Source: Acidobacteriota bacterium (GTDB lineage: Bacteria > Acidobacteriota > UBA6911 > RPQK01 > JAJDTT01). From it: DNA of 64,000 nt. Position 1 is the first letter of the stretch. Each line of letters starts with the position of its first letter. Under the pieces are notes generated by a model. It ran no database searches. It saw nothing but the letters and a program-made list of their open reading frames with translations, and was not told the DNA's origin. This document shows positions 17,386 to 27,577 of this stretch, in pieces. The stretch is taken from assembly GCA_965217775.1 (NCBI GenBank), contig CBDCJH010000002.1:4160001-4224000 (forward strand). The letters are read 5' to 3'. A program made the position numbers and the translations under genes.

Positions 17386-19161
17386 GTGGGAAAGAAGACG
17401 ATTCCTCCCGTCAGAATCCGGCTCGCCGCCTTCCTCTGGCTCGCCTGCTGCCTCTGGCCGTCCGCCTGGGCCCAGGATCTCCCCTCCTTCAGGACGGCGA
17501 CGGAACTGGTTCTGGTGGACTTGGTGGCGACCGACCGGGACGGCAATTTCGTCTGGGATCTGCGTCCCGAAGAGCTGGAAGTGCTGGAAGACGGCAAGCG
17601 CCAGACGGTGACGTTCTTCAACCTGCAGAACCGAGGGGCTCCAGTTCCGGCGAGAGCACCGGAGACACGTGGGTTCCCGGCGCCGAGCGTCAGCAGTGTG
17701 CCAGTTCAGAGGATCGAAGAAGGATACTACGTCTTCCTGATGGACCTGCACAGCATGCCCTTCGATGCACTGGGCCGCAGCAAGGAGGCCGTTCGCGGCT
17801 TCGTCGAGTCACGCCTGGGTCCAAACGACCAGGTGATGCTGGCCACCATTCGCCATCGGCTTCGGATCAATCAGCCCTTTACCCAGGACGTCGAAAAGTT
17901 CAGCCACGCGCTGGCCCGGGTGCCCTTCGAACCTCGATTGGAGGGCAATCTCAGTCGTTTCATGGAGAAGTTGGATGACATCTTCGCCGATATGGGTGCC
18001 CTCGGTGTGGCCAACGATCCTAGCCTGACTCAGGGAAACCCGGAAGAACTGGCCCCACAGATCGAAGGAGCGATCCAGATCGCCGCGGGAGAATCGCGGC
18101 AGTTCCTCTCCCAGATGGAAATCCAGGTGGCGTTCAGTTGCGCCGCCATCGGGGCCCTGGCCCGCCATCTGCGTTCCCTCCCGGGACGCAAACACCTGAT
18201 GCTGATCTCGGCCGGATACCCGCTGAACGCCCGGACCGTCATGAAGAACATCATCCGGGAGCGTGCCGCAGCATTTGCCCCGAACCAGTACCCACAGGTC
18301 CACATGCTCGTGAACAGCAGCATGGCGGGTGCGGGCCGGAGGACCAGCTTCGAGTCCCGGCTGCGGTCCGTCATCGACCAGGCGAATCGATCGCAGGTCT
18401 CGGTCTACAGCATCGATCCCCGGGGACTGATGCCTCCGGCCATTTCCTATGCCGGGACCAGACAATCGGGTAGCCATTTGTACGCATCCCACTCGAATCA
18501 GGACATCACGGCTCCTCAGGATTTTCTCACCACCCTGTCCGCGGGCACCGGTGGACTCTCCTTTCTGAATGACAACGACATGATCCGAGGCATCGGGAAG
18601 GCCTTCGACGACGGGCGCAGCTACTATCTGCTCGGCTACACGCCCCGCACGAAGCGGAAGCCGGGCAAGTTCCACGAGATCCGGGTCAAGCTGGCGCGCA
18701 AGGGCGTCAAGCTCCGTTATCGCAGAGGCTACGTCGACACGGACCCGGAGCAGACGGCGCATGCGGATCTGGCCAACGCCTTCAAGTTTCCCGAACTGTT
18801 CCGGGACTTTCCCTTCCGAGTCCAGGTCTCCAACCAGACGGGCAAGTTGAAGGTCCGCACCTTGATTCCGACGCGTTCTTTCGCTTTTTCGCGCAACGGC
18901 GGGAAAAACCGCTGCGTCATGGAGATGTTCGGTGCGCTGGTCGACGACTCGGGTAAATTGGTGGGTGAAGACTTTCTCTTTTTCAAGCGTCTGGATCTGG
19001 ACCTGGACCGCGAGGGTCTGAATCTGTTTCAGCGCTACCGGAACTTCAGCTCCAGCTCCGAAAAGGACGCCCCCCCCGGAAAGTACGATCTGGTCGTGGT
19101 CCTCCGCCAGAGTCTCTCCGGAAGAATGGCGACCTCCACCAGCAGCGTCGTCGTCCACTGA
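17386..19161 (+). CDS. VWA-related acidobacterial domain protein (start uncertain)
   Basis: ELVLVDLVATDRDG, LPGRKHLMLIS, VYSIDPRGL, TGG, YYLLGYTP. Confidence 0.88.
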   Translation: MGKKTIPPVRIRLAAFLWLACCLWPSAWAQDLPSFRTATELVLVDLVATDRDGNFVWDLRPEELEVLEDGKRQTVTFFNLQNRGAPVPARAPETRGFPAPSVSSVPVQRIEEGYYVFLMDLHSMPFDALGRSKEAVRGFVESRLGPNDQVMLATIRHRLRINQPFTQDVEKFSHALARVPFEPRLEGNLSRFMEKLDDIFADMGALGVANDPSLTQGNPEELAPQIEGAIQIAAGESRQFLSQMEIQVAFSCAAIGALARHLRSLPGRKHLMLISAGYPLNARTVMKNIIRERAAAFAPNQYPQVHMLVNSSMAGAGRRTSFESRLRSVIDQANRSQVSVYSIDPRGLMPPAISYAGTRQSGSHLYASHSNQDITAPQDFLTTLSAGTGGLSFLNDNDMIRGIGKAFDDGRSYYLLGYTPRTKRKPGKFHEIRVKLARKGVKLRYRRGYVDTDPEQTAHADLANAFKFPELFRDFPFRVQVSNQTGKLKVRTLIPTRSFAFSRNGGKNRCVMEMFGALVDDSGKLVGEDFLFFKRLDLDLDREGLNLFQRYRNFSSSSEKDAPPGKYDLVVVLRQSLSGRMATSTSSVVVH

Positions 19162-19252
19162 CCGGGGCCGTAGGGGTAAGAGGGACGAGAACAGACCCGT
19201 CTTCGTGTAAACGTCTCTGATCCCGGATTCTTTCGTCAGATTCGGCATCATC

Positions 19253-19294
19253 TCAATTATTGCAATTGACTTATCGCCGAATTGGGCCTAAATT
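19253..19294 (+). promoter_or_regulatory. sigma70-type promoter with overlapping inverted repeat
   Basis: TTGACT(19266)-17 nt-TAAATT(19289); TCAATT-N5-AATTGA at 19253-19269. Confidence 0.6.
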
Positions 19295-19353
19295 CGAACC
19301 CAACTAAAAACTAGCTGCATCCCCAGGCAGTCTACAATTCACGGAGGTCGCAG

Positions 19354-22300
19354 ATGCACCAAGCACCTCGCCTGCATCCCGCCATCCTGTTGCTATCTTT
19401 GGCACTCGTCTTTTGCCTCTCCCTGCCCAACGCGTACGGTCAGTTGACCACCTATGGACAGATCGTAGGGCGCGTCATCGACCAGACGGGAGCCGTGGTC
19501 CCAGGTGTCGAGATCAACGTCACCAACACCGAAACCAACGTCCCCCGATCCACGGTCAGCAACGACACGGGGAACTACCTGGTGGACAAGCTCATCGCCG
19601 GCGTCTACGAGGCCAGGGCGGAGCTGCCCGGGTTCAAGACCCACGTGGCCGAGGTCCGCTTGAACACCGGTCAGGTGGCGCGCCTGGACTTTCTGCTGAG
19701 TCCCGGCGAGATTTCCGAGCAGGTGACCGTCATGGGCCAGACCACGGCGCTGGACACGGACACGGCGGACATCAGCACCACGCTGGACGAGACCCAGATC
19801 ACCGAGTTGCCCATCAACGATCGGAACCTGATCCTGCTGGCGGAGCTCTCCACCGGTTCGGTCAGCGTTCGCTATTCGACCGACCCCCGCTTCGTTCGGG
19901 ACTCGGGCGGTCTTCCCGCAGTCAACGGCCTGCGGCCGGACTCCAGCCAGATCATGCTGGATGGAGCCGGCGCCCAGAGACTCTATGATCAGCGGGCCAC
20001 GGTGAATCCGACGCCGGAGACGGTCAAGCAGTTCAAGGTCATCAGCAACACCTTCTCGGCCGAATACGGCCGCGTCGGGGGCGCCGTGGTGAGCATGACC
20101 AGCCACAGCGGCAGCAACGAGTTTCATGGCTTTGCCTGGGAGTATCTGCGCAACGAAAAATTCGACGCCAACGGCTTTTTCGCCAATCGGACCGGACTGG
20201 GCAAGCTCCCGGTAAGCCGCCATACTTTCGGCGGCGCCGTGGGCGGGCCCATCATCAAGGACAAGACCTTCTTCTACGCCAGCTACGAGCGCTTCATGGA
20301 CGAATCGAACCTGACCGGGTTCATGGACGTTCCGCCGGCCTCCGAGCTGGCGGGGAATTTCGGGCAGGGCGACGGGAAGCAAGGCCTGATTCCCATCTAC
20401 GACCCCTTCAACGTCGTCGACGGCCAGCGGGTCGCATTTCCCAACAACGTCATTCCCTCCAGCCGAATCCACCCCGTTTCCCTGGCGGTCCGGGACAAGG
20501 TGCCCTGGCCGGCTCCCAACCAGACGACCTATCCCAACTACGCCTATCCCCACGTAATCGACCAGGTGAAGAACAAGATCTCGATTCGAGGGGATCACCA
20601 CTTCGGCGATGATTCCACGCTGTTCGGGCGCTGGACTTGGCAGAACGACCCGCAGATCTCCCACGGCTCGGCTTCGGCCGGATCCTTCGGCTTCTTCGTG
20701 GGGCGCGGCAGACTGGGTGTTCCCGGGATGAGGAGCAACGTCTACGAGGTGTTCACGGAACTGGAGACCGGTTGGCAGACCAGCGGCGGCTGGGTCAAGC
20801 CGGTCGGGACCAACCTGGTGAACGAGATCAACTTCACCGGTTGGAAGTCGGACTTCGGCAACAACAGCGCAGACACCGTGGACTGGTTTCAGGAGTTCGG
20901 CTACGACCTGGCGGGGCAGGACGGCATCTTCGCCATCGGCAACAACGGCCAACGCGGTCCCGCCGACCTGCCTTCCATCGGCGTCAGCGGCTACTCCAAC
21001 ATCCAGGGTCAGGGTGAGTTCGACCAGGGCGACTGGGGGTTCAGCATCAAGGAGACGGCCTCCTGGCGCAAGGGCGACCACTACCTGAAATTCGGGATCG
21101 AGACGGTTCGGAACATGAACGTCCGCCTGGGTTGGGTAAGACCCGCGGCTCGAGTCAGCTTCAACGGCTACCAGACGGGGCAGATCACCTATGGACCGGA
21201 CGGAAGCATCAGCGGCTCCACCTTCGGTCAGCCCTACGCCGATTTTCTGCTCGGCACCGTGTCCAGTGCTCAGTCCAGGAACACGGGAGGAGCCGGATAC
21301 GGCCTCGGAAACTGGGGCGGCTATAATCAGTCGGCATACAGTTGGTTCATCAACGACGATTGGAAGGTCATGCCCGATCTCAGCCTGAACCTGGGGTTGC
21401 GGCACGAGATCCCGCTTCCGGAGCACTGGCTGGAGAACAAGGGAAACTGCTTCATCGACCTCACCGGAGGGCGGGACAACCCCATCCACATGGTGCCCAA
21501 GGGTTTCCCCTATGATTCTCCCCTGGTGACGAACGGCCAGCGAGACGCCCTGGTGGTCCCGGTGGTGGAACTGGACAGCCATCGCTGCCGGCCGGTTCCC
21601 TGGCAGGGCTTCGCCCCCAGAGTGGGAATCGCCTGGCGGATGTTCGGCACCAACCGGACGGTTCTCCGCGCCGGCGGCGGCATGTCTTTCGATCAGGAAT
21701 ACGGTGGCTGGAAGGTGGGCGTCGGCTGGGTCGGCCCCTATGTGGGCACGGTCCGCGGCATCCAGGATCGGGGACAGGCTCCCCAGTACATGCATGGGAG
21801 CTTCCTGAACCTGCCCTCCACGGCGTCGGCCAGGGTGCACAGCGACGGCTCCTACTCGTATGACGGCAGCGGCTCCCAGACCGGCCAGGTCTACAGCTAC
21901 AACCTGTCGATCCAGCACGAGCTGTTCGATGACACCAAGGTGGAGATCGCCTACGTGGGCAATCAGGGCCGGCACATGAGAAATCATCGGGCCTGGAACG
22001 TGTCCCAGATCGCCGGGCAGCCGATCATCTTGAACACCGGAGAAACGATCCGGGCCGAGGGAAACCGGGATCAGAGGCGTCCCTATCCGCTGATCGCCAC
22101 CACCCTGCAGATCCGCTTCGACGGGTCGCAGCACTACAACTCACTGCAGGCCAAGATCGAGCGGATGCCGAAGGACGGGCTTGGCATTTCGGCCGGGTGG
22201 ACCTACGGCCGGGTCTTCGCCACCAACTACGCCGGAACCTATATCGCGGTGGTGCCCAACGAGTTCGACCGCACGGGACTCAACACCCGGACCAAGTGGG

Positions 22301-22842
22301 ACCGGCTCCACAGCTACTACACGGCCCTCACTTGGAGACTGCCCATTTTGGGGAACGCCACCGGCCTCACCAAGACGTTGCTGGCAGGTTGGGAGGCCAC
22401 CTCCGTCATTACCGCGGCCACCGGGTCGCCGTTCGGCGTCCGCGTGGGAAGAGACGTGAACGACATCGGTTCCCGGCGCCTGCTGATGCCCGATCGGCTG
22501 GGAACCGGTCAGCTCCCCGAGAGTCAGAGAACGGTGGACCGGTATTACGACGTCGGTGCCTTCGCCATACCGGCCGTGGGACGATTCGGCAACTCCCACA
22601 TGTGGCCGCTGGAAGGAGATGGGATCAGTGTCTTCGACATCGGCCTCCACAAGGCGTTCGCCCTGGGAGAGGACAAGGAGTTGGATTTCCGCGTGGAAAT
22701 GTTCAACGCCTTCAATCATCCCATCTTCGATACGCCCGGGGGCAAGGGTGGACAGGACGCCATCGAGGGCGGCGGGGCTGGACGGGTTTCTTCCGCCTCT
22801 CAACCACGCCGGCTCCAGTTCGCGTTCCGCTTTTCGTTCTGA
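19354..22842 (+). CDS. TonB-dependent receptor (Oar-like, N-terminal carboxypeptidase-regulatory domain)
   Basis: GRVIDQTGAVVPG, FSAEYGR, SGSNEFHG, FRVEMFNAFNHP, C-terminal FRFSF; GGAGG RBS. Confidence 0.93.
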   Translation: MHQAPRLHPAILLLSLALVFCLSLPNAYGQLTTYGQIVGRVIDQTGAVVPGVEINVTNTETNVPRSTVSNDTGNYLVDKLIAGVYEARAELPGFKTHVAEVRLNTGQVARLDFLLSPGEISEQVTVMGQTTALDTDTADISTTLDETQITELPINDRNLILLAELSTGSVSVRYSTDPRFVRDSGGLPAVNGLRPDSSQIMLDGAGAQRLYDQRATVNPTPETVKQFKVISNTFSAEYGRVGGAVVSMTSHSGSNEFHGFAWEYLRNEKFDANGFFANRTGLGKLPVSRHTFGGAVGGPIIKDKTFFYASYERFMDESNLTGFMDVPPASELAGNFGQGDGKQGLIPIYDPFNVVDGQRVAFPNNVIPSSRIHPVSLAVRDKVPWPAPNQTTYPNYAYPHVIDQVKNKISIRGDHHFGDDSTLFGRWTWQNDPQISHGSASAGSFGFFVGRGRLGVPGMRSNVYEVFTELETGWQTSGGWVKPVGTNLVNEINFTGWKSDFGNNSADTVDWFQEFGYDLAGQDGIFAIGNNGQRGPADLPSIGVSGYSNIQGQGEFDQGDWGFSIKETASWRKGDHYLKFGIETVRNMNVRLGWVRPAARVSFNGYQTGQITYGPDGSISGSTFGQPYADFLLGTVSSAQSRNTGGAGYGLGNWGGYNQSAYSWFINDDWKVMPDLSLNLGLRHEIPLPEHWLENKGNCFIDLTGGRDNPIHMVPKGFPYDSPLVTNGQRDALVVPVVELDSHRCRPVPWQGFAPRVGIAWRMFGTNRTVLRAGGGMSFDQEYGGWKVGVGWVGPYVGTVRGIQDRGQAPQYMHGSFLNLPSTASARVHSDGSYSYDGSGSQTGQVYSYNLSIQHELFDDTKVEIAYVGNQGRHMRNHRAWNVSQIAGQPIILNTGETIRAEGNRDQRRPYPLIATTLQIRFDGSQHYNSLQAKIERMPKDGLGISAGWTYGRVFATNYAGTYIAVVPNEFDRTGLNTRTKWDRLHSYYTALTWRLPILGNATGLTKTLLAGWEATSVITAATGSPFGVRVGRDVNDIGSRRLLMPDRLGTGQLPESQRTVDRYYDVGAFAIPAVGRFGNSHMWPLEGDGISVFDIGLHKAFALGEDKELDFRVEMFNAFNHPIFDTPGGKGGQDAIEGGGAGRVSSASQPRRLQFAFRFSF

Positions 22843-22850
22843 CGGAGAGA

Positions 22851-22952
22851 GGAGGGGCGATTTCCAATCGCCCACTCTCCTGTGTTGGAAGTGTAAGGGG
22901 GGACTCCGTCCCCCCAAGACCCCCCTGTGGGCGGCAAGGATGCCGCCGCTCC
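22851..22952. repeat. GGAG-ended palindromic REP-like element between convergent genes
   Basis: GGGCGATTTCCAATCGCCC and GGCGGCAAGGATGCCGCC hairpins; homologous to 16015-16151. Confidence 0.7.
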
Positions 22953-22976
22953 TGTCCTTTTTCTCGCGGGAATTCG

Positions 22977-24248
22977 CTACTCTCCGGGGCTCGATAGAGA
23001 CTTCATCCTCTCTTCGTGCTCTCGCGCCTGCTTCATCTTGCCCAGCCTGACGTAGACGGCGTGCAGCAGCCGATGGTGCTCCGAGAGGGCCATCGAACCC
23101 TCCTTGTCGGTGGGTAGGCGAGCCAGACGCCGCTCCAGGTCCAAGGCTTTCACGGCCCAGGTTTCCGCCTCACGGAACTGCTGACGGTGGAGACTGGAGA
23201 CGGCCATCAGAAAAGGCCCGATCGGCGCCAGCGGGTTGATCTGCATGATCTTGCGAGCCCGGTTCCTAGCCTCCCGGATCTGGCCTTCTTCCAGCTCCAA
23301 ATCGGCTAGATCGGCAAGGAGGCCGACGCCGCCGGCGCATCGACGGACCGCTTTCCGTAATTCGGAGAGTGCCTCCCCCTTCCTTCCGTCCGCCTTGAGA
23401 CTTCTCCCCAGAAAATTGAGCAGCCGGCAGTCGTTGGGATGGGATCGAGCGTATTCGCTCAGCCGTCCGGCCGCTTCGGAATATGAGCCACGGAGCCAGG
23501 CCAGCCCGCCCCGATACAGGTTCACTTCGGGGTGGCCGACTTGCAGCGTTTCGGCTTTCTCGATCGCCTCCCGGCCCAGGTCGGGGCGGCCCAACTCCAG
23601 GTAGACGCCCGCCAACTCCAGATGCACGGAGGCGGATGCCTGCGCCGAAGAGGCCAAGTTCTGCAGGGTTCGCAACTGCTTCTTCAGATGTTCCCGCTTC
23701 CGGTGGAATCGAAGCACGCCCCGGCCCTCGTCGCGCCGGCCCTGCCGGAGCAGAGCCCGCCCCAGATGGAACAGGGCCGGATCGAATTCGGGATCCGCGT
23801 CCAACACCGCCAGAAATGTCTCTCCGGCTTCCGGATAGCGGCCCTCCTCCAGATCCATTCTCCCCTGGTAATAAAGCGCGGTGGCGTCCCGGGGCCGGTC
23901 TCTGAGGACCTGTTGGAATTCCTTTCGAGCCTCTTCGTGGCGACCTTGGTGAAAACGGACGATACCGACCCGCGATCGGATCCTCCAAGTGTCCTCGAAG
24001 CCGGCCTCTCGGGCTCGATCGAGACTCTCCAAGGCCTCCGTGTAGCGCCCCAGGACCGTCTCGCAGACTCCTTTCGGGTAGTGGAGCCGGGGATCGGCTC
24101 CCCCGCTCCTCAGCAGGACCCCAATATCCTCCAGCGCGCCGAGGTAGTTGTCGTCGCGCATCTTGGCCAAAACGCTTTCAAACGAGACTGGTGCGCCCGA
24201 GGAGGTCAGAGTCTGGAAGAGAAGCAGCAGCGTCGAGACGGTCTTCAC
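22977..24248 (-). CDS. TPR protein, coupled to the CRTAC1-like gene
   Basis: TPR repeats; GTGA overlap with the upstream stop; paralogue of 60820-62070. Confidence 0.85.
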   Translation of the reverse strand: MKTVSTLLLLFQTLTSSGAPVSFESVLAKMRDDNYLGALEDIGVLLRSGGADPRLHYPKGVCETVLGRYTEALESLDRAREAGFEDTWRIRSRVGIVRFHQGRHEEARKEFQQVLRDRPRDATALYYQGRMDLEEGRYPEAGETFLAVLDADPEFDPALFHLGRALLRQGRRDEGRGVLRFHRKREHLKKQLRTLQNLASSAQASASVHLELAGVYLELGRPDLGREAIEKAETLQVGHPEVNLYRGGLAWLRGSYSEAAGRLSEYARSHPNDCRLLNFLGRSLKADGRKGEALSELRKAVRRCAGGVGLLADLADLELEEGQIREARNRARKIMQINPLAPIGPFLMAVSSLHRQQFREAETWAVKALDLERRLARLPTDKEGSMALSEHHRLLHAVYVRLGKMKQAREHEERMKSLSSPGE

Positions 24249-25906
24249 GGTTCCTGAACAAAAAGAGTCTGGTTCAAAGATTGGGGCGGGGTTACTCCCT
24301 GCTTTTTGCCGCATGGCCAGGAGATCCGTATCGAGCCGATCTTGGTTCTATGCCCCAGACCGAAATGAAGGCGCGGGTCGTTTTGGCTCAGATAGCTGCT
24401 GGCCGACCGAAGCTCTCGAGTCAGTTTCAGGTTGCCGGCTTCAAGAGTCACCCGGGCCCCCACGGCGTCCCGGTTGCAGTGGCTCCCGCGCAGCCGGAAG
24501 CGGACCCAGTTGCCGCTTTCCCGGGTCCGGTTCTCCAGCAGGTCCGCCTTGCCTCCACAGTTGGTCACCAGCAGGTCCAGCTTTCCGTCGTTGTTGAAAT
24601 CCCCCACGGCCGAGCCCCGGGAGACGTTCCGCACCGAAAAATAGCCTCCGGGACCGCCGGCCTCGGTGAACCGTCCCTTCCCGTCGTTCAGGAACAACTG
24701 GTTCGGCTGGCGATACCGGCTGCCCGCATTGGCGCGGGCGGCCTCCTCCAGAACGTGCCCGTTGGCCACGAAGAGATCCAGGTCTCCGTCGTTGTCGGCA
24801 TCGAAGAAGTTGGCGCCGAATCCCAGGGGAACGAAGCTGGGCCCCGAGAGCCCCGAGTCGATGATCCGATCGCTGAAGAATTCCCCGCCCTCGTTCCAAT
24901 AGAGAGCGTTGTATTGGAGCGAGTAGTTGGTGACCAGGACATGGAAGCGCCCCCCACCGTCCAGATCGCCGGCGTCCACCCCCATGCCGGCCTGAGCCAT
25001 GCCGGAGCCGCCCAGGGCGGTGCCCGATTCCAGGGAAACGTCCTGAAAGCTGCCGTCGCCCTGGTTCAAGAACATGTAGTTTCCTGTCGTGTCATTGGCG
25101 ACATACAGGTCCTGATCACCATCCCGATCCAGATCCAGCCAGAGGACTCCAAGGCTCTTGCTGTAGCGAGCGTCCTCCCGCAAGCCGGCGCTCCGGGTGA
25201 CGTCGATGAAGGTGCGTCCTCCCAGGTTCCGGTAGAGGACGTTGCCGACTCCGTCGAAGCCATGGGGATAGCAGTAGATGGGAATCTGCTGGAAGTAGCA
25301 GGGTTCATGGTCCTGAAAGGAGAACTCCACGTAGTTGGCCAGGTAGAGGTCCAACAGCCCGTCCCCGTCGTAGTCGGCGAAGGCGGCGCTGGTCCCCCAT
25401 CGGGAATCGGCGACTCCCGATCGCCTGCTCACGTCCTGGAAGGTGCCGTTGCCCAGGTTTCGGTAGAGCACGTTGGGACCCACGTTGGTGAGGTAGATGT
25501 CCACGTTTCCGTCGTTGTCATAGTCGCCGAATGTGCACCCCATGCCGTACGACGGGTCCCCGACTCCCGCCTCCCCGGTGAGGTCGGAGAAGGTGCCGTC
25601 TTTCCGGTTTCGGTACAGCCGGTTCGGACCTCGGGAATTGACGAGATAGACGTCCATCCAGCCATCGTTGTCGTAGTCCAGAAAACCGCCGCCGGAACCC
25701 ATGGTCTCGATCAGATACTTGGCCGCCGGGTCGGGTTCGGCGACCTGGTTGCGGTGGACGAATTCCAGCCCCGCCTCTCGGCTGACATCGGCGAAGCGGG
25801 GCGTGGTTTCGTCTTTCGCCGGGAGTTGGGCGTGGAGGACCAGAATGAGGACCGGCAATACTCCCTTCGCCGGGGGCAACGTTGCCTGGGTCCGAGACCG
25901 GATCAT
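24245..25906 (-). CDS. CRTAC1-family FG-GAP + ASPIC/UnbV protein
   Basis: DYDNDG/DxDGDxD repeats; ETMGSG; SYLSQND.RLHFGLG ASPIC motif. Confidence 0.92.
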   Translation of the reverse strand: MIRSRTQATLPPAKGVLPVLILVLHAQLPAKDETTPRFADVSREAGLEFVHRNQVAEPDPAAKYLIETMGSGGGFLDYDNDGWMDVYLVNSRGPNRLYRNRKDGTFSDLTGEAGVGDPSYGMGCTFGDYDNDGNVDIYLTNVGPNVLYRNLGNGTFQDVSRRSGVADSRWGTSAAFADYDGDGLLDLYLANYVEFSFQDHEPCYFQQIPIYCYPHGFDGVGNVLYRNLGGRTFIDVTRSAGLREDARYSKSLGVLWLDLDRDGDQDLYVANDTTGNYMFLNQGDGSFQDVSLESGTALGGSGMAQAGMGVDAGDLDGGGRFHVLVTNYSLQYNALYWNEGGEFFSDRIIDSGLSGPSFVPLGFGANFFDADNDGDLDLFVANGHVLEEAARANAGSRYRQPNQLFLNDGKGRFTEAGGPGGYFSVRNVSRGSAVGDFNNDGKLDLLVTNCGGKADLLENRTRESGNWVRFRLRGSHCNRDAVGARVTLEAGNLKLTRELRSASSYLSQNDPRLHFGLGHRTKIGSIRISWPCGKKQGVTPPQSLNQTLFVQEP

Positions 25907-27522
25907 TCCGTCCAGAGCGCGTAGAGGGAGCCTTTTCGGAGGTGAATCCTCAGGACCACGGTCTGTCCGCTCAAGCGAGTCACGGAATCGGAGCCACTCC
26001 ACCGGATCGGGAACCGGGTCCGGTCGCCGCTGAGCGAAAGGCTGTCACCGCCGGAGAACCCGGGGATCGGCCGCCCCCCGGCATCCAGGACCTCGACTCG
26101 AATCCGGCCCTCGGGAGCGTCCAGATTGACCCAGAGGCGATCGCCGCTCATCACCAGGGGACGGGTGGTCAGGGTCCCCTCGCGCCGGCCCGCGTCCAGA
26201 GAGACGAACCCGTCCCGGCGCAGCACCGCCACGTGAATGGCGGAATGGGCGTCGTCCACGTAGTCGGCACGCTCCTGCGGGTTCAGGGAATCGGGGCTGC
26301 GCGGGCTCCCGTCCAAGTACCGGTCATACGGGCAGACCCGCCACTTGAAGCCCGAGTAGTAGAACCAAAGTTCTTCTTCCTTCTCCACCGGCCGGTTGGT
26401 GGGCATCAGTTGCATCCGGTCGTAGTTGCCGGCCAATCCCTGGTCGAGGCGTGAGGGCCCGATGAAGGGTTCGCGGTTTCCCAGACGCTCCCAATGCTTC
26501 AGGTCCCGGGTCATGGCCAGTTGGATCAGGTGGAAGCCGTCGGTGTTCCGCCGCTCCGGCAAGCGGGCTCCGGTGGGGTAGAAGATCATGGGCAGTCCGA
26601 TGTAGAGGCCCTCGTAAGGGAACACGCCGAGGTTGTAGGACTGGGCGTTCCAGGTGCCCCGGTTTCGGAACTCCACGTCAGGCGGAGTCCAGCCCATGGA
26701 CGGATCCGGGTCCACGAAGAGAGGCCGGGCCAGACCCGGGTCGGCGATCCGCCTCCGGATCACCTCGAGAGCGTGCTCCTGGTCCCGGTCATCCGTGCTG
26801 AAGAAGAATCGGGGCTCCGACCATTGCACGAAGTCCTTGCTCACGGAGAGGTTGTAGGAACGGCCGTACTTGCCGCCGAACTTGAGCAGGCCCAGGAATT
26901 GCCGGCGCTCCCGATCGTAGGTGAGGGTGCCGGCATCGCCGGAAGGCAGCGTCGGGACATCGACGATCGTCCAGTGGACGGCGTCCGGACTGACCACCGG
27001 ACGGCGTCCGCTGTGGCCCAGGAATCCCTTGTACCGCCGGGCCGGGTCCGGATCGTCCGGGTCGTGAACCACGTGCCAGAGCCGCATGCCCTCGGGGGCG
27101 GCGATAAGATTGTTGGCCCGGGATCCACGGTATTCCACCGCGCCCAGGTTGGGTTTTTCCCAGACCAGGCCGTCGCGGGACAGGGCCAGAGCCCAACGGA
27201 AATTTTCTTCTGCATACTGGAGCGGCCTGCCCTCGTAGACCAGCTTGTAACGCCCCTCCGGTTCGATCCACATGGGCGCCGAAACAGTGGCGATGGAGCG
27301 GCCGTCTGAGGGCTGGTCCGCCACTAGCACGGCCCCCTGCTTGGTGGGCCGTTGCATGACCCGGTCCAGATTCCGGATCTCGCCGACGATGTGGTCGTCC
27401 AGGAAGAGTTGCTTGCGGCCCGGCTCCAGGCGGACCGGGTCTTCCCGGCCTTCGGATCTTCCCTGCCCCGACAGCAGCAGGAACATCAGGGTCGCGAAAA
27501 GGCTCCAAAAGCGTGGGCTCAC
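25903..27522 (-). CDS. Exported beta-propeller GH-like protein (member 5)
   Basis: KQLFLDD, LPSGDAGTL, LRRDGFVS; tandem paralogue of 27578-29239. Confidence 0.8.
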   Translation of the reverse strand: MSPRFWSLFATLMFLLLSGQGRSEGREDPVRLEPGRKQLFLDDHIVGEIRNLDRVMQRPTKQGAVLVADQPSDGRSIATVSAPMWIEPEGRYKLVYEGRPLQYAEENFRWALALSRDGLVWEKPNLGAVEYRGSRANNLIAAPEGMRLWHVVHDPDDPDPARRYKGFLGHSGRRPVVSPDAVHWTIVDVPTLPSGDAGTLTYDRERRQFLGLLKFGGKYGRSYNLSVSKDFVQWSEPRFFFSTDDRDQEHALEVIRRRIADPGLARPLFVDPDPSMGWTPPDVEFRNRGTWNAQSYNLGVFPYEGLYIGLPMIFYPTGARLPERRNTDGFHLIQLAMTRDLKHWERLGNREPFIGPSRLDQGLAGNYDRMQLMPTNRPVEKEEELWFYYSGFKWRVCPYDRYLDGSPRSPDSLNPQERADYVDDAHSAIHVAVLRRDGFVSLDAGRREGTLTTRPLVMSGDRLWVNLDAPEGRIRVEVLDAGGRPIPGFSGGDSLSLSGDRTRFPIRWSGSDSVTRLSGQTVVLRIHLRKGSLYALWTE

Positions 27523-27577
27523 GGCAAATTCTCCGTTCGCTTCGAGAAAAACCGGCGGTCTTCGTTCTGCTTGGCGC

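Noticed and set aside
24245-25906. Internal nucleotide repeats in the CRTAC1-like genes
   Set aside because: They reflect FG-GAP protein repeats, not a DNA repeat system or DGR template; no reverse transcriptase is present
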